From the IMG/VR virus record IMGVR_UViG_3300008267_000012: a stretch of DNA of 64,000 nt; one strand, given 5' to 3'. A program made the position numbers and the translations under genes. A model generated the notes under the pieces. That model was not told where the DNA came from, did no database searches, and saw only the letters and a program-made list of their open reading frames with translations. This DNA comes from a virus (taxonomy: Duplodnaviria > Caudoviricetes). This document shows positions 1 to 8,392 of the stretch, one piece after another. Position 1 is the stretch's first letter, and the number at the start of each line of letters is the position of its first letter.

Positions 1-569
1 AAATTATCAGGTGCTATAGTTCTTATGTTCTTTAATTCATTTATTTTTGTTGCACCAACTACAAACATAAGGTCAGATTTTCTTTCCCATGTTAAACTTG
101 TTTCAATTATATGTTCATATAATCTTTTTCCATTTTCAAGTTTTAACATTTGAAAATCATTTGAACCTTCATTTGAGGTTAAACCCAAAAGTATAGTTGT
201 TTTATTTTCATATTCAAGAAAAGGTTGAACAGAATCATATCCCATATATGGTGAAACTGTTGCAGCATCTGCATCCATGTTTTCAAAACATGATTTTGCA
301 TATGCATTTGATGAATTACCAATGTCACCTCTCTTACCATCTATAATAACATACGCACCCTTTCTTTTTACATATTCACATATAGTAACAATATCTATGT
401 TGCAATGCTCAAAGAAAGCAGCATTCAATTTATATGCTACAACATAATCTATTGTAGAATTGATTATTGAATAACAAAAGTTGGTTGGTGATTGATTTAT
501 AATATATCTTGGGTCAGGGTCTAATCCAACACAAAGAAATGATTTCTTTTGTTTAATTAAATCAATCAT
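1..569 (-). CDS. pyrF: Orotidine-5'-phosphate decarboxylase, 3' end outside window
   Basis: Absent from the ORF track; my translation from ATG 569 gives MIDLIKQKKSFLCVGLDPD...YKLN...IIDGKRGDIGNS...TVSPYMGYDSV...FVVGAT, with the OMPDC DxKxxDIxN motif. Overlaps the upstream stop (TAATG). Confidence 0.93.
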   Translation of the reverse strand, partial: MIDLIKQKKSFLCVGLDPDPRYIINQSPTNFCYSIINSTIDYVVAYKLNAAFFEHCNIDIVTICEYVKRKGAYVIIDGKRGDIGNSSNAYAKSCFENMDADAATVSPYMGYDSVQPFLEYENKTTILLGLTSNEGSNDFQMLKLENGKRLYEHIIETSLTWERKSDLMFVVGATKINELKNIRTIAPDN

Positions 570-838
570 TAAAACGCTTCAAAAGGTTTTGATTTTTGTT
601 CTAAATAATCATTATGTAATGTTACCACATATTCAGCAAAATCAGAATCAATTGCTCCCATTGGAACTACTTCTGATATTTTATCAAATTTAACCTCATC
701 ACCTTCTTTAGCACCAAGTTGGTATTCAACAGGTTCAACAAGTTCAATGATTCTACACCAACAGTCTTCCCCTGTTTTGCAGGTAGATATTTTCCAAGGT
801 CTATTAAAGACTTCTTTTCTAGCTTCTGAGTACTTCAT
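569..838 (-). CDS. Hypothetical protein
   Basis: 89 aa ORF, coupled to both neighbours. Confidence 0.7.
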   Translation of the reverse strand: MKYSEARKEVFNRPWKISTCKTGEDCWCRIIELVEPVEYQLGAKEGDEVKFDKISEVVPMGAIDSDFAEYVVTLHNDYLEQKSKPFEAF

Positions 839-993
839 TTTTTTTCTTTAATTAGTTTTTCATATTCTTCTATACCCCTTTTAAATCCTTCATAATACCC
901 ATCCATAAAAGGAAGCACTTCTAATTTGTAAGTGTAATTTCTGTTTTTGCAGGATTTAGCTGCAAATTCTTTGATTTCAGCAAGAGTTTTCAT
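835..993 (-). CDS. Small hypothetical protein (52 aa)
   Basis: Own translation MKTLAEIKEFAAKSCKNRNY...EKLIKEKK*; fills the gap between neighbours, ATGA overlap. Confidence 0.65.
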   Translation of the reverse strand: MKTLAEIKEFAAKSCKNRNYTYKLEVLPFMDGYYEGFKRGIEEYEKLIKEKK

Positions 994-1011
994 GAATTAA
1001 ATATAAAACTT

Positions 1012-1272
1012 TTAATCTACTTCTTCAAGTTGAAGTTCTTTTTCTTTAACCAATTCTTCAATATCTTCAGGTGCTATACCAAATCTTTTTATATTATAAC
1101 CTCCATAGAGTTTGTTATCGGGTTGTACTTCTTCTAATACAAAATACTTATCATTTGTAAGTTTTGATATACACATCTTAACAACCGTATACTTCTCACC
1201 CTTTTTAATCCAATGTTTATTACTTATATCATTGGGTTTAGCAGAATCATCTATGCAAATTACTTTATTCAT
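1012..1272 (-). CDS. Hypothetical protein
   Basis: 86 aa ORF, MNKVICIDDS...; operon-like spacing. Confidence 0.7.
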   Translation of the reverse strand: MNKVICIDDSAKPNDISNKHWIKKGEKYTVVKMCISKLTNDKYFVLEEVQPDNKLYGGYNIKRFGIAPEDIEELVKEKELQLEEVD

Positions 1273-1504
1273 TTATTATTTCAACTCTATTATTTGTTTC
1301 AATCCATACCTTTGCTCCGCATGATAAAGGTTTATCTTTTGAATATACAATTCTGCATACTTCATTATTATCTTTATCATAGATTATTGCTTGTTGACCA
1401 TAATCATTTGATTTGTATGTCTTGCATGTAATCACAGGATTATTATCACCATTCTTTGCATTTGCTTTTATTGCATGTTGATTGACATGGATTATTGTTT
1501 TCAT
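1265..1504 (-). CDS. Phage hypothetical protein (KTIIHVNQH...KPLSCGAKVWIET type)
   Basis: Start moved to MKTIIHVNQ so it does not overlap the upstream gene; looks like a recurrent phage family. Confidence 0.7.
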   Translation of the reverse strand: MKTIIHVNQHAIKANAKNGDNNPVITCKTYKSNDYGQQAIIYDKDNNEVCRIVYSKDKPLSCGAKVWIETNNRVEIINE

Positions 1505-1511
1505 ACTAATT

Positions 1512-2255
1512 TTAATTAAAAATATCACTCTTACCAATCGCTTTTAGTTCGTTGGATAAATTAACAAACCAATTCGGTATATTTTTTTCAATATATTCAC
1601 CAATTATAGGCAATATTGATTTATAATATTCTTTGTTTAGTAAATATAACATAATACTATCACAAGTAGATTCTGCTTGATTAATAAGTCCATAATCAGT
1701 TAGTGAATATGTTGTTGGTATCTGTATCTTTCTATCAAAAAAATGCGCTATTTCGTGTAAAATATGTGATTTATCAAAAGTATCACCTGCCCAATCAATA
1801 CCCATTTCATCGTTAAGACTAGTTGGTGAACTATAAAACCCTTTTTTTGTGAAATATGATTTGATTTTATATTTTTCTAACAAGTCTATTAGTTCATTTT
1901 TATTTATTGATGTGGGTGAATAATTAAAAAATTTACTGTAATCAACTGTTTTTTCACGCAAACGTAATAGTTTTTCAGCATATAATTTATAATTAGAATA
2001 AGACCTAAAATCATTAATTGATTTAATGTCACTTAAATTAGGATTATCAATATATTCTTCATCGCTACCCTCAATATAATCATAGTTAAATTTATTTTTC
2101 AACATATTAATATATTTGTTTCGCTTTTCATCATCTTTACTTAAACCATCAATAATATCAACTAATTGCTGTATTTCTTCATTATCTGAAACTTGTTTTG
2201 TTTCATTCAAAACTTCTCTAATTGATTCCTTTATAATCCTTTTTAGTTGTAACAT
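1512..2255 (-). CDS. Putative zincin metallopeptidase with acidic N-terminal leader
   Basis: HILHEIAHFFD (HExxH) and downstream YG..NQAES..D; N-terminus LKRIIKESIREVLNE; CTATTTAT motif upstream. Confidence 0.55.
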   Translation of the reverse strand: MLQLKRIIKESIREVLNETKQVSDNEEIQQLVDIIDGLSKDDEKRNKYINMLKNKFNYDYIEGSDEEYIDNPNLSDIKSINDFRSYSNYKLYAEKLLRLREKTVDYSKFFNYSPTSINKNELIDLLEKYKIKSYFTKKGFYSSPTSLNDEMGIDWAGDTFDKSHILHEIAHFFDRKIQIPTTYSLTDYGLINQAESTCDSIMLYLLNKEYYKSILPIIGEYIEKNIPNWFVNLSNELKAIGKSDIFN

Positions 2256-2278
2256 AAACTATTTTAAGATAAATAGTT

Positions 2279-2485
2279 TTAAATATTCTCTATTTCCTTC
2301 CTAACTTCATTCCAATACTGAACAAATGGATTTGGTATCATAACTTTATTTAAATAATCCATAATCTCATCAACAGCAATTGAAGCACACTTTTTAACTC
2401 TTGTATTTGAACCTCCTAATGCAGTATCTAATACAACTAAATTGTATTTTTCAATAAGCTGTCTTGCTTTTTCTTTAGGATTCAT
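2279..2485 (-). CDS. Small paralogue family A (KEKAxxL...CAxIAVDE...YWxEVxxEIE)
   Basis: Start MNPKEKA downstream of TATATTTG at 2505-2512; shares motifs with 3393, 5569, 6862, 9722. Confidence 0.75.
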   Translation of the reverse strand: MNPKEKARQLIEKYNLVVLDTALGGSNTRVKKCASIAVDEIMDYLNKVMIPNPFVQYWNEVRKEIENI

Positions 2486-2574
2486 ATGTTTACTTTTTGT
2501 AAAACAAATATAAAGGTTTTTTAAAAATATATCACGCAATATTGCGGAAATATAGTGTTATAAACAATAAAAAA

Positions 2575-2781
2575 TTAAAGAGTTCGTCTGTAATCTTCAA
2601 TTAAATCATCTGAATACCAAGTACTAACTAAAAAATCATCACCATTTTCAATAAGTGAGTATTTCTTCTTATTCTCTTTAGCAAAATTCACAAAATCATC
2701 AAACTTGAACAATTTTTTATCGTTTCTTTTTGATGAGATTTCCGAATATCTTTTCCCTATTTCTTTTACAGAGTGTTGCAT
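2575..2781 (-). CDS. Hypothetical protein, cassette A passenger
   Basis: 68 aa ORF between the GTT core at 2557 and the attC-like site at 2801-2883. Confidence 0.7.
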   Translation of the reverse strand: MQHSVKEIGKRYSEISSKRNDKKLFKFDDFVNFAKENKKKYSLIENGDDFLVSTWYSDDLIEDYRRTL

Positions 2782-2800
2782 GTTTTAATTTTTTACTGTT

Positions 2801-2883
2801 TATAACAACAAATATAAGAAATAAATTTTGATTTATCTAATTTTTATAGGTAAAATTTACTTCTCATATTTGCAACCGTTATA
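2801..2883 (+). mobile_element. attC-like recombination site, copy 1
   Basis: 83 bp TATAAC...GTTATA imperfect palindrome; 21-bp inner stem (2809-2829/2852-2872) pairs fully on the bottom strand with 2 G-T pairs; 77/83 identical to 3143-3225. Confidence 0.6.
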
Positions 2884-2911
2884 TTCAATTAAACAAAATT
2901 TATGTGTTTAA

Positions 2912-3103
2912 TCAAAAAGGAAAAAACCATATTGAAGTCAAAGCACCACCAATAATCATAACTAATAGTGTTATCCAACTAATTTTTGAAATTTTAAACC
3001 ATAAGTCACTTCTTTTATTGTCACTATTCATAAGCAACCAAGAAGAACCAGCAATTGCTAATACTACAAAAATTAGTGTAAAATAAATCTTAAAGTAAAT
3101 CAT
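2912..3103 (-). CDS. Small two-TM membrane protein, cassette B passenger
   Basis: Two hydrophobic stretches; lies between the two attC-like sites. Confidence 0.7.
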   Translation of the reverse strand: MIYFKIYFTLIFVVLAIAGSSWLLMNSDNKRSDLWFKISKISWITLLVMIIGGALTSIWFFPF

Positions 3104-3142
3104 GTTTTTTGTTTTTAAATGTTTAAATTTTGTTTAACTAAA

Positions 3143-3225
3143 TATAACAACAAATATAAGAAATAAATTTTGATTTGTTTATTTTTTTATGGTAAAATTT
3201 ACTTCTCATATTTGCAACCGTTATA
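3143..3225 (+). mobile_element. attC-like recombination site, copy 2
   Basis: Two 34-bp arms identical to copy 1; the 15-bp spacer differs at 6 positions. Confidence 0.6.
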
Positions 3226-3231
3226 AAACAT

Positions 3232-3387
3232 TTAAGACTTCGGTATGTAAATCCTGATAGGGATGTCATTATTTCCACCATCTTCCCATTTAATAATGTA
3301 AAACTGTCCTTTTTCTGTATCGTAGTAAACGACATTATCCCTATCAGGTATCATTCCTTCGGGTAAATTTTGCATTTTCTTTGTCAT
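3232..3387 (-). CDS. Small hypothetical protein (51 aa)
   Basis: Own translation MTKKMQNLPEGMIPDRDNVVYYDTEKGQFYIIKWEDGGNNDIPIRIYIPKS*. Confidence 0.6.
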   Translation of the reverse strand: MTKKMQNLPEGMIPDRDNVVYYDTEKGQFYIIKWEDGGNNDIPIRIYIPKS

Positions 3388-3392
3388 TATAA

Positions 3393-3638
3393 TTAAATAT
3401 TTCCAATTTCGTTTTTAACTTCTTCAAGAAATGCTATTCTGTAATCAACCCATTCAAGTTGAGCAAATGTGCTGTTTTGTTTATATTCATTTAACATCTC
3501 ATCTACTGCTATTAAAGCACATACTTTTGCAGTTGGTTGATAAATTTGTGAGTAATCAGACATCTTTACTTGTCCTATATTCATATACTTATCTACTAAC
3601 TCTTGTGCCTTTTGTTTTGCTTCATTTCTTATTTCCAT
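3393..3638 (-). CDS. Small paralogue family A
   Basis: EAKQKAQELVDK...CALIAVDEML...EEVKNEIGNI. Confidence 0.75.
   Translation of the reverse strand: MEIRNEAKQKAQELVDKYMNIGQVKMSDYSQIYQPTAKVCALIAVDEMLNEYKQNSTFAQLEWVDYRIAFLEEVKNEIGNI
3596..3638. repeat. 43-bp exact direct repeat (second copy 4562-4604)
   Basis: ctaactcttgtgccttttgttttgcttcatttcttatttccat at both sites; encodes MEIRNEAKQKAQEL. Confidence 0.95.
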
Positions 3639-3639
3639 A

Positions 3640-3852
3640 TTATTTCTTTTTAGTATTTGTATTAATCATATCAGGTAAATCTTTTCCATTACCTAATTCC
3701 AATAACTTAAAATATTTTTCATCACCAACAATACCATCAACAGTCCATTCTGTTTTAATACCATTTTCATATATTGGTATTGAATATGTTGATGGTAATG
3801 GTTTGATAAATTCATTACCATTTAAATCGTATTTTTTATTTATCATCTTCAT
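3640..3852 (-). CDS. Hypothetical protein
   Basis: 70 aa ORF in a tightly packed operon. Confidence 0.65.
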   Translation of the reverse strand: MKMINKKYDLNGNEFIKPLPSTYSIPIYENGIKTEWTVDGIVGDEKYFKLLELGNGKDLPDMINTNTKKK

Positions 3853-4090
3853 TAATTATTTTAGCATAAGGTGTATGGCTATATCTATGTGCAGGTTCAT
3901 CCATTACAATTTCAAATTCTACTTCTTTACCATCCCATTCCATTATTTGTGCAACAGTACCAATCAATGATTCTTCATTATCAGGATGTAAAGGAATAGA
4001 ATCATAACCTGATGTTATTTCATCTCTCATAGCTTGATACCAAACAAACCACCCTGCTTTTGTTTTTTTAAGAATTCCTTTCATTTTCAT
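3836..4090 (-). CDS. Hypothetical protein
   Basis: 84 aa ORF, MKGILKKTKAGWFV...EWDGKEVEFEIV. Confidence 0.7.
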   Translation of the reverse strand: MKMKGILKKTKAGWFVWYQAMRDEITSGYDSIPLHPDNEESLIGTVAQIMEWDGKEVEFEIVMDEPAHRYSHTPYAKIINEDDK

Positions 4091-4286
4091 GTTCTTTATT
4101 TATTTTTCCAAGATAATACATATTAACTAAGAAATGTCTTGGTGAATAAGGTTTACCATTATAAAATAATTCTTCTGCTAACATATTAATTGTTTCAATT
4201 TCTAAATCAATTAAATTAGTTTGTCCATCAAAAGAATTATAAATTTCCCAATATCTTTTTGCGATTGTTTCTAAATCATTATTCAT
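4068..4286 (-). CDS. Hypothetical protein
   Basis: 72 aa ORF, ATGA overlap. Confidence 0.65.
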   Translation of the reverse strand: MNNDLETIAKRYWEIYNSFDGQTNLIDLEIETINMLAEELFYNGKPYSPRHFLVNMYYLGKINKEHENERNS

Positions 4287-4492
4287 CTTGTAAAACCTTC
4301 TACTTTATAAAATTCTTTTATAGTTATTTCTCTTGAACCAAATGGAAATTGTTTTAATGATTTTTCATATGTTTCTAACATTTCTTTTTCTGTTGGTTTA
4401 TAATCATATATTGATGAATAACTACCTTCTTTAGAAGAATGATTATACACATCAATTACAATTTTCCAATTAGTTGTTATCTTTGTCATCAT
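4283..4492 (-). CDS. Hypothetical protein
   Basis: Start moved to MMTKITTNW to reduce overlap. Confidence 0.6.
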   Translation of the reverse strand: MMTKITTNWKIVIDVYNHSSKEGSYSSIYDYKPTEKEMLETYEKSLKQFPFGSREITIKEFYKVEGFTR

Positions 4493-4703
4493 TATTTTCT
4501 TTTCTGTTATTGCAATAAAGTATTTCATCACCTTGACATATACAATCAGGATATGAACAACCTAACTCTTGTGCCTTTTGTTTTGCTTCATTTCTTATTT
4601 CCATGTTATTTTTAGCTTCTGCTAAAATACTTTCCTCTTGTTGTTTTTCACAATACTCACAAGTATTATCATCAGGTCTTTCACAAGTACATTTATTTTC
4701 CAT
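4470..4703 (-). CDS. Chimeric small ORF built from the 5' ends of two other genes
   Basis: MENKCTCERPDDNTCEYCE identical to the 7797 gene; internal MEIRNEAKQKAQEL identical to the 3638 gene. Confidence 0.6.
   Translation of the reverse strand: MENKCTCERPDDNTCEYCEKQQEESILAEAKNNMEIRNEAKQKAQELGCSYPDCICQGDEILYCNNRKENNDDKDNN
4647..4703. repeat. 57-bp exact direct repeat (second copy 7741-7797)
   Basis: ttcacaatactcacaagtattatcatcaggtctttcacaagtacatttattttccat at both sites. Confidence 0.95.
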
Positions 4704-4704
4704 C

Positions 4705-5172
4705 TTATTTATTTTTAATAATCTCAATTAATTTAACTAAACAAGATATTTCAGCATCTTCATAAGTTTCCCAATCTTTACTATAATGCTCTGTTTTTAG
4801 TGTATTTAATTTTCCTATTTCAAAAAAGAATAAATTATTTTCATTTTGAAATGGACTAACTAAATACCCATACTTCTCCCTAAAAAAACGAAAGGCTTGG
4901 GAGTAGGTTGGTACTGTCCATCTTTCATATGATTCTTCACCCTCTTCATCTTTACTACAAAATGCACCATATTTATCTAACTGACTATTAGTAACACTTA
5001 AAAAATCATCATTATAACAAGCTTTGTCACCTGTTACATTACCGCTACAATTAGCGTATTCGTAAATTTGTCCTGTATTATCTTCTTCATCATAATAAGC
5101 AAAACAAGGTTCATCAAACCCAAGTTTTTTGAGTTCTAATGCTTGTTGGTAAGGAATAAATTCTTGTATCAT
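4705..5172 (-). CDS. Paralogue family B (EFIPY..AL.LK.LGF.E.C...PTFSQ.FR.FREKY...KLIEI)
   Basis: Same N- and C-terminal motifs as 5174 and 6124. Confidence 0.8.
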   Translation of the reverse strand: MIQEFIPYQQALELKKLGFDEPCFAYYDEEDNTGQIYEYANCSGNVTGDKACYNDDFLSVTNSQLDKYGAFCSKDEEGEESYERWTVPTYSQAFRFFREKYGYLVSPFQNENNLFFFEIGKLNTLKTEHYSKDWETYEDAEISCLVKLIEIIKNK

Positions 5173-5173
5173 A

Positions 5174-5572
5174 TTATTTATTTTTAATTATCTCAATTAA
5201 TTTAACAATTGCAGCAATTTCAGCTTCTTGATAAGTATCCCATACACCACTATCATTTGGACCTTCATATTCTGACCAACCTCTATGTGTACCACCAATT
5301 GCATCATGCCATTCAAAAAGATAACCTGATGCGTTAGAATATAATGTTACTAATGTATTATACTTCTCTCTAAAAAAACGGAATGCTTGGGAGAATGTTG
5401 GTGCTGATATATAATTATCAACTTCATTATTAACATTTTCCATCTCACTATTTTTAACCAATTCTAATATATCACTTAGTTGGTCATTTTTGTAGTAAGT
5501 AAAACAAGGTTCATCAAAACCTAATTCTTTGAGTTCTAATGCTAAATCGTAGGGAATGAATTCTTTAGTCAT
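5174..5572 (-). CDS. Paralogue family B
   Basis: MTKEFIPYDLALELKELGFDEPC...PTFSQAFRFFREKY...EAEIAAIVKLIEIIKNK. Confidence 0.8.
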   Translation of the reverse strand: MTKEFIPYDLALELKELGFDEPCFTYYKNDQLSDILELVKNSEMENVNNEVDNYISAPTFSQAFRFFREKYNTLVTLYSNASGYLFEWHDAIGGTHRGWSEYEGPNDSGVWDTYQEAEIAAIVKLIEIIKNK

Positions 5573-5775
5573 ATCTTCTCAATTTCTTGTTTAACTTCTT
5601 GCCAAAATGTATAACCTCTATCAGCACCCATATGCCCTAATATCTCATTTAAAGCTATTAAAACCAATTCTTTTGTTATATGTTTTTCATGTGGAGAATA
5701 CTCTTCAGATAATTTGTGTTCTATACTATTATAGTATTTCCACCATAGTTCATCCGCTTTTTCTTTTGCTGTCAT
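5569..5775 (-). CDS. Small paralogue family A
   Basis: MTAKEKADELWWK...LIALNEIL...FWQEVKQEIEKI. Confidence 0.75.
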   Translation of the reverse strand: MTAKEKADELWWKYYNSIEHKLSEEYSPHEKHITKELVLIALNEILGHMGADRGYTFWQEVKQEIEKI

Positions 5776-5836
5776 AATATCTTCAAGATAGATTTTTTGC
5801 GAAAGGTAACACTTTTCGGTACTTTATGCAAAAAAT

Positions 5837-6118
5837 TTATTTATTTACCATTTGATTTCCCATAGTACAACCACAAACACCGCTTCCTCCATTTTTAGGA
5901 TTGCAAGAACATATTTCTGAATATGGTACTTCATTTGTTGGTGGAATATTGAAAGATGGTGACTGTAACATCTGAGTTCTTAAATTATCATTGTAAATGA
6001 TAGTATCATAATACTCAACAGCTTTTTTATTTACTTTTGAAGTAGAATTACTTGCTTCTGTATGCGCTTCATGCGCTTTTATTCCTGATAATAGGAATTC
6101 TTTAATTAATTTAATCAT
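5837..6118 (-). CDS. Hypothetical protein with C-terminal Cys cluster
   Basis: CSCNPKNGGSGVCGC, a possible metal site. Confidence 0.65.
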   Translation of the reverse strand: MIKLIKEFLLSGIKAHEAHTEASNSTSKVNKKAVEYYDTIIYNDNLRTQMLQSPSFNIPPTNEVPYSEICSCNPKNGGSGVCGCTMGNQMVNK

Positions 6119-6123
6119 CTTGT

Positions 6124-6606
6124 TTATTTATTTGTTTTTACTATTTCAATTAATTTAACAATTGCAGCAAGTTCTGCTTCTTCAAAAGTATCTGATTCTC
6201 TATCTCTAAAACTTTTCCCTGCTAAACTATCATATGTTTCCATTGGTTTTTCAATGTAAATATCATCTTCATCTCCTAATTCATCATCAGTAGGTAAAAC
6301 CAAACTGAAAACATCATAATCAAAAGATACTCCACCTTTGTACTTACTCCAACTTATTTCATGTACCAAATTATACTTCTCTCTAAACCATCTAAATGAT
6401 TGTGAAAATGTTGGAATTTGAATATATACTTCCATGTATTCAACATTAAGTATATCATTGACACTAATAGTTTCATTATCTTTATCAACTTCAATCCATT
6501 TCCACATAGTATGTCCATTTGGATTACCAACTCTTAAACAAGATTCATTAAAACCTAATTCTTTAAGTGCTAATGCTTGTTCGTAAGGTATAAATTCTTT
6601 AATCAT
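6124..6606 (-). CDS. Paralogue family B
   Basis: MIKEFIPYEQALALKELGFNESC...PTFSQSFRWFREKY...EAELAAIVKLIEIV. Confidence 0.8.
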   Translation of the reverse strand: MIKEFIPYEQALALKELGFNESCLRVGNPNGHTMWKWIEVDKDNETISVNDILNVEYMEVYIQIPTFSQSFRWFREKYNLVHEISWSKYKGGVSFDYDVFSLVLPTDDELGDEDDIYIEKPMETYDSLAGKSFRDRESDTFEEAELAAIVKLIEIVKTNK

Positions 6607-6872
6607 CTTGTTCTTGTTCTAAGAAAACTATTCACAAAATTTTCTGCATCTATTTTTGCTTTATAACCAAAAAAGATATAATTTAATTCTTCTTGTTGTT
6701 TTTTAATTAGCAATCTGCTGAACTTTGAATGAATTAAATAATATGATTGAAAATCTTCTTCCAATAAAGAATCTAATTTAGTAAGAATTTCTTCAAGTCT
6801 TTTTGATTTAGTTGTTTTCCAATACTTGTTAATTGTATTATCATAACACTCATTCCATTTGTCAATTGTCAT
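6603..6872 (-). CDS. Hypothetical protein
   Basis: Start moved to MTIDKW. Confidence 0.6.
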   Translation of the reverse strand: MTIDKWNECYDNTINKYWKTTKSKRLEEILTKLDSLLEEDFQSYYLIHSKFSRLLIKKQQEELNYIFFGYKAKIDAENFVNSFLRTRTR

Positions 6873-7074
6873 AATTTTCAATCTCAGTTTTAACTTCTTC
6901 CCAATAAGGTTTTGCCATTTGCCAATCTCCACTAGATGAGAATATGCCCATAGATAGTATCTCATCAACAACAATCAATGCACATTGCTTGGCTATAAAT
7001 TGAGCATCTTGATTTGGATACCAAGCATAGAATTTATCATATAATTCTTCGGCTTTTTCTTGTGGACTAATCAT
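6862..7074 (-). CDS. Small paralogue family A
   Basis: MISPQEKAEELYDKF...AKQCALIVVDEIL...YWEEVKTEIENY. Confidence 0.75.
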   Translation of the reverse strand: MISPQEKAEELYDKFYAWYPNQDAQFIAKQCALIVVDEILSMGIFSSSGDWQMAKPYWEEVKTEIENYDN

Positions 7075-7328
7075 ATTAAAAATATTTTAAGAGTTTTACC
7101 ATCATCTTGAAATTGTATCTCAACATCTTTAGCATTATAGTTTGTATATGCTCTACCATTATGAGGTGGTGAATGTTGTATAACTTCCACTCTATTAACC
7201 TTATCCAATATATTTACTTTTTGTTCTTTTTGCCATTTAACACCTGCAATAAATCCATCATGCCATAATGGTGATTCATTTGCAAATGATGCTTTATACA
7301 TTTCTTCTTCAAGAGTTTCTTTATTCAT
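7071..7328 (-). CDS. Hypothetical protein (ETLEE...FIAGVKWQ type)
   Basis: Start MNKETLEEE; shares FIxGxKWQ with the 7330 gene. Confidence 0.7.
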   Translation of the reverse strand: MNKETLEEEMYKASFANESPLWHDGFIAGVKWQKEQKVNILDKVNRVEVIQHSPPHNGRAYTNYNAKDVEIQFQDDGKTLKIFLI

Positions 7329-7329
7329 T

Positions 7330-7797
7330 TTATTTCTTTTTGAATTTATTAAACCATAAATTAAAAGCATATTCTCTTTTTTCTTCATAATCTAAACCTT
7401 TAGGATAGATTATGTCAGGAGATAAATCTTCAAACCTTTCTCTTGTAACCCAACCTTGAAAATGTGCTTCACTCATATCTTCCTCACTATACATCCTCTC
7501 CGATTGCCATTTAGCACCATTAATAAATGCTTTTCTTTTTTTAAAGCAATCAACATCTCTATTATAATTCCATTCGGGTTTATCTAAAGGATTTGAAGGG
7601 AATTCTCTATAAAAATTCTCAGCAGCTTCTCTTAATTCTGCTTCTTTCTCAACCTTTTTAGTTATTTCAGGGTCACCATGTTCATTTAACCAATCAGTAA
7701 TCATAGTTGGTTCTTTTAATATTTGTATTGAAGATTGTTGTTCACAATACTCACAAGTATTATCATCAGGTCTTTCACAAGTACATTTATTTTCCAT
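7330..7797 (-). CDS. Hypothetical protein (LREAAE...FINGAKWQSERMYSEED type)
   Basis: Start MENKCTC. Confidence 0.7.
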   Translation of the reverse strand: MENKCTCERPDDNTCEYCEQQSSIQILKEPTMITDWLNEHGDPEITKKVEKEAELREAAENFYREFPSNPLDKPEWNYNRDVDCFKKRKAFINGAKWQSERMYSEEDMSEAHFQGWVTRERFEDLSPDIIYPKGLDYEEKREYAFNLWFNKFKKK

Positions 7798-8008
7798 AAG
7801 TTGCTTGATAGTATTGTTCTGCATCAAAATTTACAAATAGTGGTGGAAGTTCTCCATGTTTAAATGCTTCTATTATCTGCTCCTTTTCTAATGCTTTTGC
7901 TTGCTCAATAATTTCAGGAATGCATTTTATTGAATGTATTTTGTCTGAATATATTATTTCAATCTTACCATTCTCAATCTGCTCTACTAGCCATTCAACT
8001 GCTGTCAT
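7787..8008 (-). CDS. Hypothetical protein (TAVEWL...EQAKALEKEQII type)
   Basis: Recurrent small phage-protein pattern. Confidence 0.7.
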   Translation of the reverse strand: MTAVEWLVEQIENGKIEIIYSDKIHSIKCIPEIIEQAKALEKEQIIEAFKHGELPPLFVNFDAEQYYQATYGK

Positions 8009-8013
8009 CTGTT

Positions 8014-8391
8014 TTACTTCAACCATCCTTCTTCTTTTAATTTATTTAAAAATATTTTAAAAGTCTTAATACCATTTTCACACATTGATTCCTTTGCATC
8101 TCTCATAGATTCAGGGTCATTATCCAATACACCTTTCATCCAAAAATTATTATCCCAATGGTCTTCTTTCCAAGGCTTTACCCTTTTATCAGTAAACTTA
8201 ATATCTATATTATCATAGAATGAACTTTCAAGGTCAGTTTCATAAAGCCTTGTTGCTTCCCAACAATACTTATCATCTTCATGTGTTGCTCCTTGATAAA
8301 AGTTTAATTCAAAATCTTCCTCTTCTTCTTTGTTTGCTAAATCTTCCCTGATATACCAAACTCCGTTTATTTCAATTCTGTCTTGCATCAT
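8014..8391 (-). CDS. Hypothetical protein
   Basis: Start moved to MMQDRIEINGVWYIRE. Confidence 0.7.
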   Translation of the reverse strand: MMQDRIEINGVWYIREDLANKEEEEDFELNFYQGATHEDDKYCWEATRLYETDLESSFYDNIDIKFTDKRVKPWKEDHWDNNFWMKGVLDNDPESMRDAKESMCENGIKTFKIFLNKLKEEGWLK

Positions 8392-8392
8392 A

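Noticed and set aside
3253-3348. 12-bp perfect inverted repeat cctgatagggat/atccctatcagg as an ncRNA
   Set aside because: It lies inside an intact 51-codon ORF and has no other structural support; at most an mRNA stem.
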